Of a stretch of 64,000 bases of DNA, positions 19,523-29,608 are shown one piece after another. The DNA comes from Candidatus Poribacteria bacterium (GTDB taxonomy: Bacteria > Poribacteria > WGA-4E > WGA-3G), in assembly GCA_022394755.1 (NCBI GenBank), contig JAGFCA010000015.1, forward strand, positions 44,693-108,692, given 5' to 3'. The notes under the pieces are model-generated. The model saw only the letters and a list, made by a program, of their open reading frames with translations, was not told the origin of the DNA and did no database searches. Position numbers and translations under genes: made by a program. Every line of letters starts with the position of its first letter. Positions within the stretch are counted from its first letter, which is position 1.

Positions 19523-20980
19523 CTATGCCATCTTTGCAAATTGTGCTGGCATGAATGTCGGATCAGTTTTAACTGCCTGTGAAAATGCTTCAAGAGCGAG
19601 AGTTTCATCACCGTTTGTCCGGTGTGCCAATCCAATTGAAAAATAAGCTTGGGCAAGTTTTGTACCCTCAAGACCACTAACTAAAGCCTTATATATGGAT
19701 TCTACACCAAGAGTAGGATCGTCTCCATTCCTGAAGGATGAAAGTATATGATTATATCCGAATAAAAGATGTGCAGGGGCAAATTCAGGATCTAATTCAA
19801 GTGCGGTGTTCATAGCCTGTTTTGCTTCAAAGAAAAAATCACCTTTCTCTAATACACTCGATACTGTTCTGGATGCTTGTATAAGAGTATCCGCGTATTC
19901 AGTCCATGCTTCTGGCAGGTTAGAGAATTTCTCAGTAGCACTTTTCATAATGGCAATCGCTAATCCTAAGTCATCCCCTTCTGCAACTTCTTCTGCTGTT
20001 TCCCGATACACATCGAAGTTTTCTAATTCTTTTGTTCTTTTGCGGAGTTCTTCTATATCTGCTGATGGAATTGCAGAAGGTTTAAAGTGTTGCCAACCGG
20101 GTTCAGGATCATCAATTAATCCTCTGTAGACCCGTAGAATAGCATAACGTGGTGTTCCCCACACCTCAGCTATTTCACTGATCCAATCTGGCATGTTGGA
20201 TTCCATATCATTTAATATTTCTAATAGAGAAAGTTCCTGTTCAACACGTTTACGTACTTCTGTAATGAAATATAATTCAATTTTAAGAAGCAAATCAATC
20301 TCTGCATCGTGGGCTAAAGGGCCATGTCCCGGCAGTACATGTTTAGGTGAATATGTTCGAAGTTCCTTAATTGTATTTATCCAATCGTGATCTGCCATTA
20401 ACCCTTCATTCATTACAGGCTGCCCAAAAATCGGAAAACTTCCTGTCATAACGGTATCCCCTGAAACAATGCAACCTTCTGCAGGAATCCTAATTGCAGT
20501 AGCATCATCGGTTTCTGCCTTCCCTAAGTGGACAAGATGTAAGGGTTGATTACCTAAATCCAGTTCCATTTCATGCTCAAATGTCTGGTGTGGCAGAAAT
20601 GGTGCATCTCCAAGGCTAAATCCACGAGATCGAAGGAAAGCCTCCTGACGAGGAGCCCGATTCACCATAAAATCTTTGGTTAATTCTCGAGCTACAACTG
20701 TTGCCCCCTCTTGTTGAAAAATTGTATTGCCATTTGTATGATCCCAGTGATAATGTGTATTGATGGCAAACTGAATCGGTTTATCGGTAACTGATCTAAT
20801 AGCTGCAAGTAGGCGTTTTCCCATCATTTGGTTTACTTGAGTATCAATTACAGCAACACCATTATCACCTATAATAATTGAGGAGTTTACAATATTACGA
20901 AATAGATATACCCGTTCTGTTACTTGAACCAGATTTCCATATTGGCGAGGAGCAAAAGGATTCTCTTGTATATTATTCAT
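19523..20980 (-). CDS. Metallo-beta-lactamase-fold protein with C-terminal TPR repeats
   Basis: NTHYHWDH, SGD and PGHG motifs; TPR-like ALELDPEFAPAHLLFG and AYFSIGLAH...AVKTDP. Confidence 0.85.
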   Translation of the reverse strand: MNNIQENPFAPRQYGNLVQVTERVYLFRNIVNSSIIIGDNGVAVIDTQVNQMMGKRLLAAIRSVTDKPIQFAINTHYHWDHTNGNTIFQQEGATVVARELTKDFMVNRAPRQEAFLRSRGFSLGDAPFLPHQTFEHEMELDLGNQPLHLVHLGKAETDDATAIRIPAEGCIVSGDTVMTGSFPIFGQPVMNEGLMADHDWINTIKELRTYSPKHVLPGHGPLAHDAEIDLLLKIELYFITEVRKRVEQELSLLEILNDMESNMPDWISEIAEVWGTPRYAILRVYRGLIDDPEPGWQHFKPSAIPSADIEELRKRTKELENFDVYRETAEEVAEGDDLGLAIAIMKSATEKFSNLPEAWTEYADTLIQASRTVSSVLEKGDFFFEAKQAMNTALELDPEFAPAHLLFGYNHILSSFRNGDDPTLGVESIYKALVSGLEGTKLAQAYFSIGLAHRTNGDETLALEAFSQAVKTDPTFMPAQFAKMA

Positions 20981-22068
20981 TTATCTTCCTTAAAACTTTT
21001 TGCAACTTTCACAAAATGTTCTACATTTTCAAAAGGTGTATCTCTATGAAGTCCATGGCTTAAATTTAATATATGACCTACCTTCCCACCTTGTTCTAAA
21101 CAGGTATGAACTACATCAGTTATATCAGAAATTGATCCATCTCTAAGTATATCGTTATCGACATTTCCTTGTATTGCAATCTTGTCATTAACTTCGGCTT
21201 TCACTTTCTTCAGATTCAAACATTTCCCAATACTTAATACATTAGCTCCACTATCGCGCATTAGATCAATATAAGGACATTCTTTAGCAAATAGAATTGC
21301 TGGCGCTTGTGAATTTATGGCAGAGAAAATTCGCTGATGGTAAGGCAAGGCAAATGTTTTGTAATTTTCACTGGATAGGACATCTGCGATAGATTCGAAT
21401 AATTGAACAATCTGAACACCTTGACTTATCTGAAAATTTAGATATTGTATAGTCATTTCAGTCAACTTATCTAATAAGCAATGCATTAAATCGGGTTCAG
21501 ATTTCATCATTTCGAAAACAGGTTTAGCTTTATCTGATATTCCTTCACCTTTTTTCATTGGACTCTCTCCAGCTATAAGAAAAAAGGCAAGTGTTAAGGG
21601 AGCACCTGCGAAACCAATTAAAGGCAATTCACCATTCAGCGTTTCTCGTAGTGTGTGTATGACATTCCCAGTGTATTCCAATTGTATCTCTGGATTGTCA
21701 AGAGGTTTAAGTCCGTCAATTTGTTCTTTCTTACGTATGGGTGGATTTAAGTAGGGACCAGGATCAAACCGGAAATACGTCCCCATTGACGCGAGTGGAG
21801 TCAGAATATCTTTATATACTATTATTGCGTCAACACCAATTCGTTTTGGTAGGAGTGATATTTCAACAGCTAACTCTACATCGGTGTGAGGATCGGGACC
21901 AGGACAAGTCCGGAAAAGTCGTTCTAATGGAAGGTTTGTCTCTTGTCGTATCTTACGATATAATGGATCTGATCTACCGGCTTGGCGCATCATCCAAACT
22001 GGTACCCGTTCCACAGGAAGACAATTTGCTGCCCGAAGAAGTAGGTCGTTTTGTGGTTTTTGTTCCAT
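20977..22068 (-). CDS. hemE: Uroporphyrinogen decarboxylase
   Basis: PVWMMRQAGR, LIGFAGAP, QGNVD, HILNLSHG. Confidence 0.95.
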   Translation of the reverse strand: MEQKPQNDLLLRAANCLPVERVPVWMMRQAGRSDPLYRKIRQETNLPLERLFRTCPGPDPHTDVELAVEISLLPKRIGVDAIIVYKDILTPLASMGTYFRFDPGPYLNPPIRKKEQIDGLKPLDNPEIQLEYTGNVIHTLRETLNGELPLIGFAGAPLTLAFFLIAGESPMKKGEGISDKAKPVFEMMKSEPDLMHCLLDKLTEMTIQYLNFQISQGVQIVQLFESIADVLSSENYKTFALPYHQRIFSAINSQAPAILFAKECPYIDLMRDSGANVLSIGKCLNLKKVKAEVNDKIAIQGNVDNDILRDGSISDITDVVHTCLEQGGKVGHILNLSHGLHRDTPFENVEHFVKVAKSFKEDK

Positions 22069-22160
22069 GTTTAATGGATATACCTTTACCGCGCTTTAAA
22101 ATTGAAGTAGGATTGATATGAAGTCTATAAACATTTAGCAAAATATAATTACGCTAAAGT

Positions 22161-22526
22161 TTATTCAGATAGATTTCCTCTTTCCGATATACGTTTTTTC
22201 TGGTATCTCTCTATAAGCTGTCTTAATTTTGCAAAACTCTTCACGTTTTTCATGATTCTTCCACTTTCTCTTTCTTCAAGATATAGTAAGAATCCCATAA
22301 GATATAGACTACAAATGAACAGTACAAAACCAGAACAACACTGGACTAATGCCACATGGTTAGAGAAATTTAAGCTTATGTATGGGGTGACAGTCGCATC
22401 ATCATTTAATTCATTTGTTGACTCTTGTTCAGGCCAATCAATTGAAACAAGGTCACCCCATCCAGTAATACCTAGTGAGAGAAATACTATTGATAAAGCA
22501 AAAACCAGAAAGAACGGAATCCCCAT
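22161..22526 (-). CDS. Hypothetical 2-TM membrane protein
   Basis: Two hydrophobic segments; starts 12 nt after the upstream dehydrogenase. Confidence 0.6.
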   Translation of the reverse strand: MGIPFFLVFALSIVFLSLGITGWGDLVSIDWPEQESTNELNDDATVTPYISLNFSNHVALVQCCSGFVLFICSLYLMGFLLYLEERESGRIMKNVKSFAKLRQLIERYQKKRISERGNLSE

Positions 22527-22538
22527 AAACTATACCAA

Positions 22539-23609
22539 TTAAGAAGATACTTTTACCAACCCTTTTGTACAACCATCTTCTCTGTTACGAACTTTCGTGA
22601 TACCATCAACAAGTGAATCAAGAGGAAATTCATGACTTATGATTTTATCCATATCAACATCTCCACTTGAAATGAGTTGTACCGCTTCTTCCCATGTATT
22701 TGGTGCTAACCAAGAATATCTGATTGTCTTATCCATAAGGATAGTATCAAGTATAGGAACTTGCATCACATCTGTATCCCCGGGAAGGCCGAAGATTACG
22801 ATTGTTGCGTGTCGTCCAGTAACCTCAAGTGCAGTATGAATAGCATCAAGGGAACTTGTTGCGGTAATAGCTCTATCAGCCAATTCTCCATTATTCAGAT
22901 CTTCAATCAATGCACCAAGATCTTCTACATAGTGAGGGGAATCAGTGTCTTTGACATTGACTACTACATCTGCTCCGAGATCTTTACCACAATCAAGACG
23001 ATAGTCACGTGTACCAACAAGTAGTACGTTTTTCAATCCACGGCTCTTCAATACTTGTACCATCATTAAACCGATTGGACCAGGACCAAAAACCACAGCT
23101 GTTTGTCCTTCTTCTGCATTGAGATTATTTACTGCATAGAGGCCACATGCGAGTGGTTCGGTAAGAGCACCTTGATCATACGTAACGTTATCAGGTAGTC
23201 TAACTGTCCAACGATAATCAGAAACAGCATATTCAGCGAAACCACCATCTACACCTACACCTAATACACGCTTTTCAGGACATAGGTTGGAGAGTCCTTT
23301 TTTACTCCAAGATGATTCAGGGTTGGATTGTACAGGGTTAACTACAACGCGATCACCAACCTTAAAGCCACCAGTTTTTTCTGCTTCGTTTCCTACTTCA
23401 ACGACTTCACCTGTAAATTCATGTCCGAGAATTAAAGGACCTTTTCCATCGTCAGTTTCAAGTGAACTGTTTCCAAAATAGTATGCCACATCTGATCCAC
23501 AGATGCCAACTGAACGCACTTGAACCAATAGATCTGTATCGGACGGATCGGGTACTGGTCTATCTTCAAGATTCATTGATTCAGGTTCATAGAATATTTG
23601 CGATTTCAT
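22539..23609 (-). CDS. Zinc-dependent medium-chain alcohol/polyol dehydrogenase
   Basis: GICGSD, LGHEFTG, GDRV, EPLAC, GPGPIG. Confidence 0.9.
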   Translation of the reverse strand: MKSQIFYEPESMNLEDRPVPDPSDTDLLVQVRSVGICGSDVAYYFGNSSLETDDGKGPLILGHEFTGEVVEVGNEAEKTGGFKVGDRVVVNPVQSNPESSWSKKGLSNLCPEKRVLGVGVDGGFAEYAVSDYRWTVRLPDNVTYDQGALTEPLACGLYAVNNLNAEEGQTAVVFGPGPIGLMMVQVLKSRGLKNVLLVGTRDYRLDCGKDLGADVVVNVKDTDSPHYVEDLGALIEDLNNGELADRAITATSSLDAIHTALEVTGRHATIVIFGLPGDTDVMQVPILDTILMDKTIRYSWLAPNTWEEAVQLISSGDVDMDKIISHEFPLDSLVDGITKVRNREDGCTKGLVKVSS

Positions 23610-23773
23610 TTTATACCTCCTTATATGAACACTGTTAGTGTATCATATCGATACAAAAGATACAATGTAATTCCTTAATATGGGTGTGTAAACTTTTTGG
23701 CACTTTACACCTACAATAGTTTGGGAAATTTCAGAAAGGGACAATCAAATAAAACTGTCCAAACTATAGTATA

Positions 23774-24616
23774 TTACAATATATATTTACTTACTAAAAA
23801 TAAATAGCGACTGCAGAACTCTCCCATGAGTACTGTTATGATGGCTATAAAGAGAAATCCTGTTGCTGCACGTGTTGCCCCCAACTCATCGCGGGCAACA
23901 GACTTTGGTCGTAGACAATCCCATGTAATAATATAAAGTAGAAGTGTAGCAGCAAAACCCAACCCTATTCGCATATATAAGATCAATTTAATATGGAAAC
24001 TAAAAAGCATTGTATTTTCGGTATGCGGTCTAAAAAACAGACTCAGACAGAACAGGACTATAGATACAATGAGTACAACTAACAGTGTTGTATTATACCT
24101 TCTTAATAAATGTACAGGTAATTCAGGTGTTACAAGATACCAATGACCAAACCACATCCCAGTATGAACTATACCCAGAAGTCCTGATGAAACAAGGAAT
24201 TGGGTTGGTAAGAAAAAGTGTATTACCGGTAACTGTACCTGATTAGTATAGGTCAAGGCACTTATAATAATCAAACCGCACCCGCAAATTGAACCACCAC
24301 TAAAAAGTAACAATCTGATAAATGAATTTTTGAACCACCAACTTATAGTATAAGCTAAAAGCAATAAGAAAAAAACGACTATCAGTATTGCTTCTGTATC
24401 TTGTAAGTTTAAGAAAAAATTATATATAGTTACATCATGATTATGTAGGTATAGATTTGCACATCTTGCTAACCCTAAAACAAGAAGATATATTCCACCC
24501 ATAAGACGGTAGAAGTTCGCCCCTACTACACCTTTAGGTATTAATAAAAGTAAGACAAAACCACCAACTGATAGTTGTGTAAATACAAGGTAGAAAATTT
24601 CGCTGATACTAAACAT
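23774..24616 (-). CDS. Polytopic membrane protein (about 8 TM, GHWYL motif; DmsC/NrfD-anchor-like)
   Basis: Multiple TM helices; LVFTQLSVGG start; MWFGHWYL. Confidence 0.6.
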   Translation of the reverse strand: MFSISEIFYLVFTQLSVGGFVLLLLIPKGVVGANFYRLMGGIYLLVLGLARCANLYLHNHDVTIYNFFLNLQDTEAILIVVFFLLLLAYTISWWFKNSFIRLLLFSGGSICGCGLIIISALTYTNQVQLPVIHFFLPTQFLVSSGLLGIVHTGMWFGHWYLVTPELPVHLLRRYNTTLLVVLIVSIVLFCLSLFFRPHTENTMLFSFHIKLILYMRIGLGFAATLLLYIITWDCLRPKSVARDELGATRAATGFLFIAIITVLMGEFCSRYLFLVSKYIL

Positions 24617-24621
24617 AGTTC

Positions 24622-24656
24622 AAAAGAAACCCCATTATAGTAAAACCATAATGGGG
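24622..24656 (-). terminator. Intrinsic terminator after rplL
   Basis: CCCCATTATGGT-ttt-ACTATAATGGGG-TTTCTTTT on the minus strand. Confidence 0.75.
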
Positions 24657-24709
24657 CTCAGATATATAACTATAAGAGGTTACCTTCATAGACGAAGGAG
24701 CAATTTAGG

Positions 24710-25108
24710 TTATAGAATTTCGACTTCTGCACCGACAGCTTCAAGCTGCTCTTTAGTTTTCTCTGCGTCTTCTTTACTGACACCTTCTTGAATTACTACA
24801 GGAGCAGATTCAACCTTTTCTTTTGCTTCTTTCAAACCAAGACCTGTGATTGCACGTACTTCTTTGATCAGAGGAATCTTCTGTCCACCAACCTCTTTGA
24901 TTTGTACATCAAACTCGGTTTTTTCCGCTGCTTCCTCACCGGCCCCATCTGCAGCAGCACCAGGAGCAGCTGCGACACCAGCAACAGCCATTGCAGGCAT
25001 TGCTGCAGCACTAACGCCAAACTTTTCTTCCAAAGCTTTAACCAATTCGGACAGTTCCAAAACTGTCATTTCACTAATCTCATCAATGATTTTTTCTAAA
25101 TCTGCCAT
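24710..25108 (-). CDS. rplL: 50S ribosomal protein L7/L12
   Basis: [40 protein letters not shown]; ATG 25108 with RBS gaaagga. Confidence 0.97.
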   Translation of the reverse strand: MADLEKIIDEISEMTVLELSELVKALEEKFGVSAAAMPAMAVAGVAAAPGAAADGAGEEAAEKTEFDVQIKEVGGQKIPLIKEVRAITGLGLKEAKEKVESAPVVIQEGVSKEDAEKTKEQLEAVGAEVEIL

Positions 25109-25136
25109 TTTCAATCCTTTCTGATAAATTACAAGC

Positions 25137-25697
25137 CTATTCAGCGGCTTTCTTTTGTTCGGCGACCTGTGTTAATACAGATGTCACCTGACTAATTGTA
25201 TTATTTAGTACATTCACAAACCCTTGAATCGGTGATCCAGTGTTAAGCACATTTACAAGTCCGTATAGAGGTGCACCTATCCCACCAATTGTTTTAGCAA
25301 TAAGTTGATCCTTTGAAGGCATATCTTGCAGCGCTTTAACACCATCTGCATCAATGACTGTTGATCCAAGAATACCACCTTTAACTTTTAAATTTTCATG
25401 GTCTTCAATAAAATCATACAGCAATTTACTGGATGCAGCAGGATCATCACAACCCGCAAGAGCAGTATTACCTTTTAAGTATGGCGCAATTCCTTCAAGT
25501 TCTCTTTCTTTCGCTACGACATTAATTAAAGTATTCTTACAAACCTTATACTGGATATTGGCATCGCGAAGTCGTTGGCGTAATTCGTTCACTTCAGCGA
25601 CTGTTAATCCTTGAAAATCTGTAAGAAAAATGACATCCGAACTTTCAAAAAGCTCGCGGATTTGTCCAACCTGCTGAACATTAGCTTCATTCGGCAT
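25137..25697 (-). CDS. rplJ: 50S ribosomal protein L10
   Basis: [21 protein letters not shown]; position between rplA and rplL. Confidence 0.96.
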   Translation of the reverse strand: MPNEANVQQVGQIRELFESSDVIFLTDFQGLTVAEVNELRQRLRDANIQYKVCKNTLINVVAKERELEGIAPYLKGNTALAGCDDPAASSKLLYDFIEDHENLKVKGGILGSTVIDADGVKALQDMPSKDQLIAKTIGGIGAPLYGLVNVLNTGSPIQGFVNVLNNTISQVTSVLTQVAEQKKAAE

Positions 25698-25730
25698 AGG
25701 TTAGCTCCTTTCACAATTTGACGATTTCAT

Positions 25731-25870
25731 AAAAAACAGAAAACCCCCAGTTACCTGGAGGCTTGACTCAACTACGGAAAGTAAAATATTATACTACAAA
25801 AGTAGTACGCAATTAACTCAATCCGAGTCTCGGTAGGTAATTAAGACAAAGCCCCTACTTTCTACAACTC
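25731..25870 (-). ncRNA. L10 leader (rplJ autoregulatory RNA) followed by terminator-like hairpin
   Basis: GTAGAAAGTAGG...TTAAT..CCTACCGAGA resembles the L10-leader core; GCCTCCAG-gtaa-CTGGGGGT-TTTCTGTTTTTT lies just before rplJ. Confidence 0.65.
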
Positions 25871-26020
25871 TATTCTTGTATGATAAATACCGTCTTAAAC
25901 TTAATTCTGCACTATATACGATATACAGTGCCTCTCCAATCTTTATTGGATAATTTTGATTAAAATCTTCAACTTATATATTCCGATATAACTAATAATT
26001 AGTTAGAAAAAATAAAATAT

Positions 26021-26719
26021 CTATGCAAATTGTTGTGGATCAATACGTATACCGACACCCATGGTTGAAGAAATAGCAACACTTCTAATATACCGTCCTT
26101 TAGTAGAAGATGGTCGTGCCTTTACAATAGTATCCATAACTGTCGTCAAATTATCCTTAATTTGATTTTCTTCAAATGATGTCTTCCCAATAGGAACATG
26201 TATGACACCTGATAAACGTTCAACACGATATTCAATTTGTCCAGCTTTGATATTCTGTAGAGTATCAGCAATATCCATTGTAACGGTTCCAGCTTTCGGG
26301 TTCGGCATCAATCCTCTTGGTCCTAAGACTCTACCTAACTTCGGCATAATACTACGCATGAGATCCGGAGTAGCGATTGTCGCATCAAAGTCAAGCCAAC
26401 CCTCAGTAATCTTATCAACGAGGTCGTCAGTTCCGACAAAGTCTGCCCCTGCTTCCTCAGCTTCTTTAGCTTTATCACCTTCAGCAAAAACGACAACACG
26501 TACGGATTTTCCTGTACCGTGAGGTAATGCAACAGTACCGCGAATATTTTGCTCAGCGACCCTCGCATCTATTCCAAGTCTGGATGCTAAATCAACCGTT
26601 TCATCAAATTTTGCTGTACTTGTCTTTTTCAGGAGTGATACTGCTTCGTCAACACTATATAAGTTTAACCGATCAACGTTTTCCTGAATTTCGTTATATC
26701 GTTTTCCTCTTTTCGCCAT
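26021..26719 (-). CDS. rplA: 50S ribosomal protein L1
   Basis: [35 protein letters not shown]. Confidence 0.98.
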   Translation of the reverse strand: MAKRGKRYNEIQENVDRLNLYSVDEAVSLLKKTSTAKFDETVDLASRLGIDARVAEQNIRGTVALPHGTGKSVRVVVFAEGDKAKEAEEAGADFVGTDDLVDKITEGWLDFDATIATPDLMRSIMPKLGRVLGPRGLMPNPKAGTVTMDIADTLQNIKAGQIEYRVERLSGVIHVPIGKTSFEENQIKDNLTTVMDTIVKARPSSTKGRYIRSVAISSTMGVGIRIDPQQFA

Positions 26720-26790
26720 TTTTTACTCCAAGTTCATTTAACCTATTCAAATATATTATACCATATTTATTCAAAAGATTAACCGATTAT

Positions 26791-27213
26791 TTAGTTTATA
26801 TTCAAACCCATGCTTCTTGCGGTACCTTCAACCATACGGATTGCTGCTTCAATATCATTTGTATTGAGATCAGGTAATTTTGTTTGAGCAATCTCTCGTA
26901 TCTGATCACTACTAACAGTTGCAACTTTATTTCGGTTTGGTTCTCCCGATCCTTTAGCAATTTTTGCTGCCGATTTAAGTAGAACTGCAGCAGGTGGAGA
27001 TTTAACTATAAATGAAAATGATCTATCGCTATAGCATGTTATGATCGTAGTTACAACCATTCCTGTTTGTTGCTGCGTTTGTGCATTGAAAGTTTTAATA
27101 AATTCCTGCAGGTTAATTGCATAAGGTGCTAAACTTGGACCGACAGGGGGTTGTGGTGTTGCCTGACCGGATACCAACTGAAGTTTGACTTCACCTGCTA
27201 CTTTTTTTGCCAT
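26791..27213 (-). CDS. rplK: 50S ribosomal protein L11
   Basis: [18 protein letters not shown]. Confidence 0.98.
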   Translation of the reverse strand: MAKKVAGEVKLQLVSGQATPQPPVGPSLAPYAINLQEFIKTFNAQTQQQTGMVVTTIITCYSDRSFSFIVKSPPAAVLLKSAAKIAKGSGEPNRNKVATVSSDQIREIAQTKLPDLNTNDIEAAIRMVEGTARSMGLNIN

Positions 27214-27244
27214 TGTCTTACTACTCCGTTACTTCCAAATAAAA

Positions 27245-27817
27245 TTATAGTCTTTCAACGCCTAAGAACCCTAATTCAAGAGGGGTTGAACGATTAAAGA
27301 TAGAAATAGAAAGGCTGAGTCGTTGCCTTTGCATATCAATTCCGAGGATCTCAGCAGTAAAACTGCTGAACGGTCCTTCAATAACACGTACTCTATCACC
27401 GACAGAGTAGGTAATTTCAGGTATAGGTGCTTCTTGTTCAACTGTTGAACTATGAAGCATCCGTTCTATATCTTCACCTGTCAACGGTGTTGGATAGGCA
27501 TTTCCTAAAAAGTTCATTACACCAGGTGTTTCTTGTATAAATGCCCAACTCCTCTGTCCAATTCCATTATCAACGTGAGGACCGATTTCATGTAAACAGT
27601 TTACAAGAACATAACCAGGATAAGTTGGAGATGTCCTTTCCTTACGTTTACCATCTTCATTCTTCACAGTGGTAGACATAGGAACGTTGATCTGGAGAAT
27701 CTCTTCTCGAAGTTCTTTATCGGAATCTGAATCCGATGCAAGGCGTCTCTCTAAATTAAACTGTATTTTCTTCTCATGTCCAGTATACACCTGAACAATA
27801 TACCAGAAACCGTTCAT
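27245..27817 (-). CDS. nusG: Transcription factor NusG
   Basis: WYIVQVYTGHE, YPGYVLV, TPGVMNF, KOW motif GDRVRVIEGPF. Confidence 0.96.
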   Translation of the reverse strand: MNGFWYIVQVYTGHEKKIQFNLERRLASDSDSDKELREEILQINVPMSTTVKNEDGKRKERTSPTYPGYVLVNCLHEIGPHVDNGIGQRSWAFIQETPGVMNFLGNAYPTPLTGEDIERMLHSSTVEQEAPIPEITYSVGDRVRVIEGPFSSFTAEILGIDMQRQRLSLSISIFNRSTPLELGFLGVERL

Positions 27818-27914
27818 AGATTACTCTCGCTGTGTTAAGACAGGGTTAATTCGTTAATAGAATTTAGTACGCTCAATTATTTTTCAATGGAATTGTTAGA
27901 ATATCTATACTTGC

Positions 27915-28295
27915 TCAGCCCTTGATAAGGAATAACTGCCGCAAGAAAGACATTCCCCAACCTGAAAGAGGTTCATTTAAATTAAGGGCATAGGTCGTAA
28001 TGAGTACAACCACTAATGGAATACAAGCAATAGCAGTAAAATGTATACGCCGGTTTTCCATTCCTTTGCCAAGGAAAAACACCCCGAGAGGAATTATGAC
28101 CAATATAATATTGGCAGGCCATTTCCATACCGGTTCAGCAGAACTACCATCAACTAACCAAATAAAAAGTCCCAAGAGACCGCTGGCAATCAAGACTACA
28201 ACCGTACTACCGCGTACCTGTTCCCAATCAGGTTTTGACACCTTCTGCCATTCTAATAATATATTCTGTATGTAAAGTTTAAAACGGGCAATCAT
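27915..28295 (-). CDS. secE: Preprotein translocase SecE with two extra TM helices
   Basis: EWQKVSKP...TVVVL...LVD core between tRNA-Trp and nusG. The ORF-track start overlaps the tRNA, so ATG 28295 was chosen. Confidence 0.85.
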   Translation of the reverse strand: MIARFKLYIQNILLEWQKVSKPDWEQVRGSTVVVLIASGLLGLFIWLVDGSSAEPVWKWPANIILVIIPLGVFFLGKGMENRRIHFTAIACIPLVVVLITTYALNLNEPLSGWGMSFLRQLFLIKG

Positions 28296-28307
28296 AAATT
28301 TTAAAGG

Positions 28308-28381
28308 CAGGCCAGGAGGGATTCGAACCCCCAACATCCGGTTTTGGAGACCGGCGCTCTACCAGTTCGAGCTACTGGCCT
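28308..28381 (-). tRNA. tRNA-Trp(CCA)
   Basis: AGGCCAGTAGCTCGAACTGGTAGAGCGCCGGTCTCCAAAACCGG...GGTTCGAATCC. Confidence 0.95.
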
Positions 28382-28393
28382 ACGGATTATACT

Positions 28394-28546
28394 CTACCGA
28401 TTCTCCTTATGGAGTGTGTGTTTACGGCAGAAACGACAATATTTCTTACGCTCATACCGATCTTGTTGTGTTCGTCTATTGCGTGTGGTAACGTAATTTC
28501 TTTGTTTACATTCATCGCATGCTAAGGTAACAATATCTCTTGGCAT
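28394..28546 (-). CDS. rpmG: 50S ribosomal protein L33 (Zn-ribbon form)
   Basis: Not in the ORF track (50 aa): [50 protein letters not shown]. Confidence 0.96.
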   Translation of the reverse strand: MPRDIVTLACDECKQRNYVTTRNRRTQQDRYERKKYCRFCRKHTLHKENR

Positions 28547-28565
28547 TTCACACCTCGTATTTTAC

Positions 28566-28641
<76 letters not shown>

Positions 28642-28659
28642 AATGATTTGTGCTTCACA

Positions 28660-28732
28660 AGCGGGAGACGGGATTCGAACCCGCGACACATGGCTTGGAA
28701 GGCCAATGCTCTACCAGTTGAGCTACTCCCGC
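28660..28732 (-). tRNA. tRNA-Gly(TCC)
   Basis: GCGGGAGTAGCTCAACTGG...GGCCTTCCAAGCC...GGTTCGAATCCCGTCTCCCGCT. Confidence 0.95.
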
Positions 28733-28743
28733 ACAATATGAGA

Positions 28744-28825
28744 TGGGGGCGGACGGATTCGAACCGCCGTAGGCGTAGCCAACAGATTTACAGTCTGCCC
28801 TTTTTGACCGCTCAAGCACACCCCC
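28744..28825 (-). tRNA. tRNA-Tyr(GTA)
   Basis: GCAGACTGTAAATCTGT anticodon arm, long variable arm, GGTTCGAATCC. Confidence 0.95.
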
Positions 28826-28831
28826 AATATA

Positions 28832-28903
28832 AGCTGACGAGAGGAATCGAACCTCCAACCTAGTGATTACAAATCACTTGCTCTACCATTGAGCCACGTC
28901 AGC
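28832..28903 (-). tRNA. tRNA-Thr(TGT)
   Basis: GCTGACGTGGCTCAATGG...GTGATTTGTAATCAC...GGTTCGATTCC. Confidence 0.95.
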
Positions 28904-29033
28904 ATTCTAATGTAACCGGCGTATTTTCTCTGAATCTATACTCCTCAAAATGACTCGTATGGGGAAACAATTAGTAAAGAATACTTAGATTAACTTGTGT
29001 TTTACATCCCTTAAGACAAAAATACACCCTTAA

Positions 29034-29062
29034 AGTATACTTAATCTTTAAGGGCTTGTCAA
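29034..29062 (-). promoter_or_regulatory. sigma70 promoter of the tRNA/ribosomal cluster
   Basis: TTGACA-17 bp-TATACT. Confidence 0.7.
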
Positions 29063-29080
29063 GTAAATCTATGTCTATGT

Positions 29081-29461
29081 TTACCCTTCGTCCTCAATAT
29101 CCGGTTCACTCACTTCGACAGTCTCAGATTCGGTTTCCTCCTCATCTTCACTGGCTTCTGGCGCATTCTCTCCGTAGAGTTCTTCAAAATGCTCGTCAGC
29201 ATCAACAGCATCAAATCCAGAGGATTCTGATGCAAATATGGATGGAGTGTCGGATTCTATCGGCTTGGGATCAACTTTTTTGTATACCAATTCACCAGCG
29301 GCTAATTCTTCCGTGGCAATTGAAACAGGCATCTTCTTCTTAGACAAACCTGCTCCTAAAAGTTCATCGTTGAGCGCACGAGCCCTTTTCGCAATAATAT
29401 TAACAGCAAGGTATTTATTTTCAACCTGCTCATCTAACTCTTCAAGATAAACAATTGGCAT
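29081..29461 (-). CDS. rpoZ: RNA polymerase omega subunit with acidic tail
   Basis: VENKYLAVNIIAKRARAL...PVSIATEELAAG. Confidence 0.88.
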   Translation of the reverse strand: MPIVYLEELDEQVENKYLAVNIIAKRARALNDELLGAGLSKKKMPVSIATEELAAGELVYKKVDPKPIESDTPSIFASESSGFDAVDADEHFEELYGENAPEASEDEEETESETVEVSEPDIEDEG

Positions 29462-29498
29462 TGATTTTCTCCATTTTGTAAAGACTCGTTATACTCTA

Positions 29499-29564
29499 AT
29501 TATATTCTTTAACCACATTGAAGTCAAATTTATTTTGACTTCTTACTGGGTAAGATGGTAAAAT
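29499..29564. promoter_or_regulatory. Back-to-back divergent sigma70 promoters (rpoZ and mqnC)
   Basis: Minus strand TTGACT-17-TATAAT (29527..29499); plus strand TTGACT-18-TAAAAT with TG extension (29535..29564). Confidence 0.6.
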
Positions 29565-29608
29565 TCTAATGGATTAAAGTTATACTCTGAATTACTAAGG
29601 AATAATAA

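Noticed and set aside
28648-28863. ORFs overlapping the tRNA cluster and tRNA-Leu (also 35283..35598)
   Set aside because: They are translations of tRNA genes.
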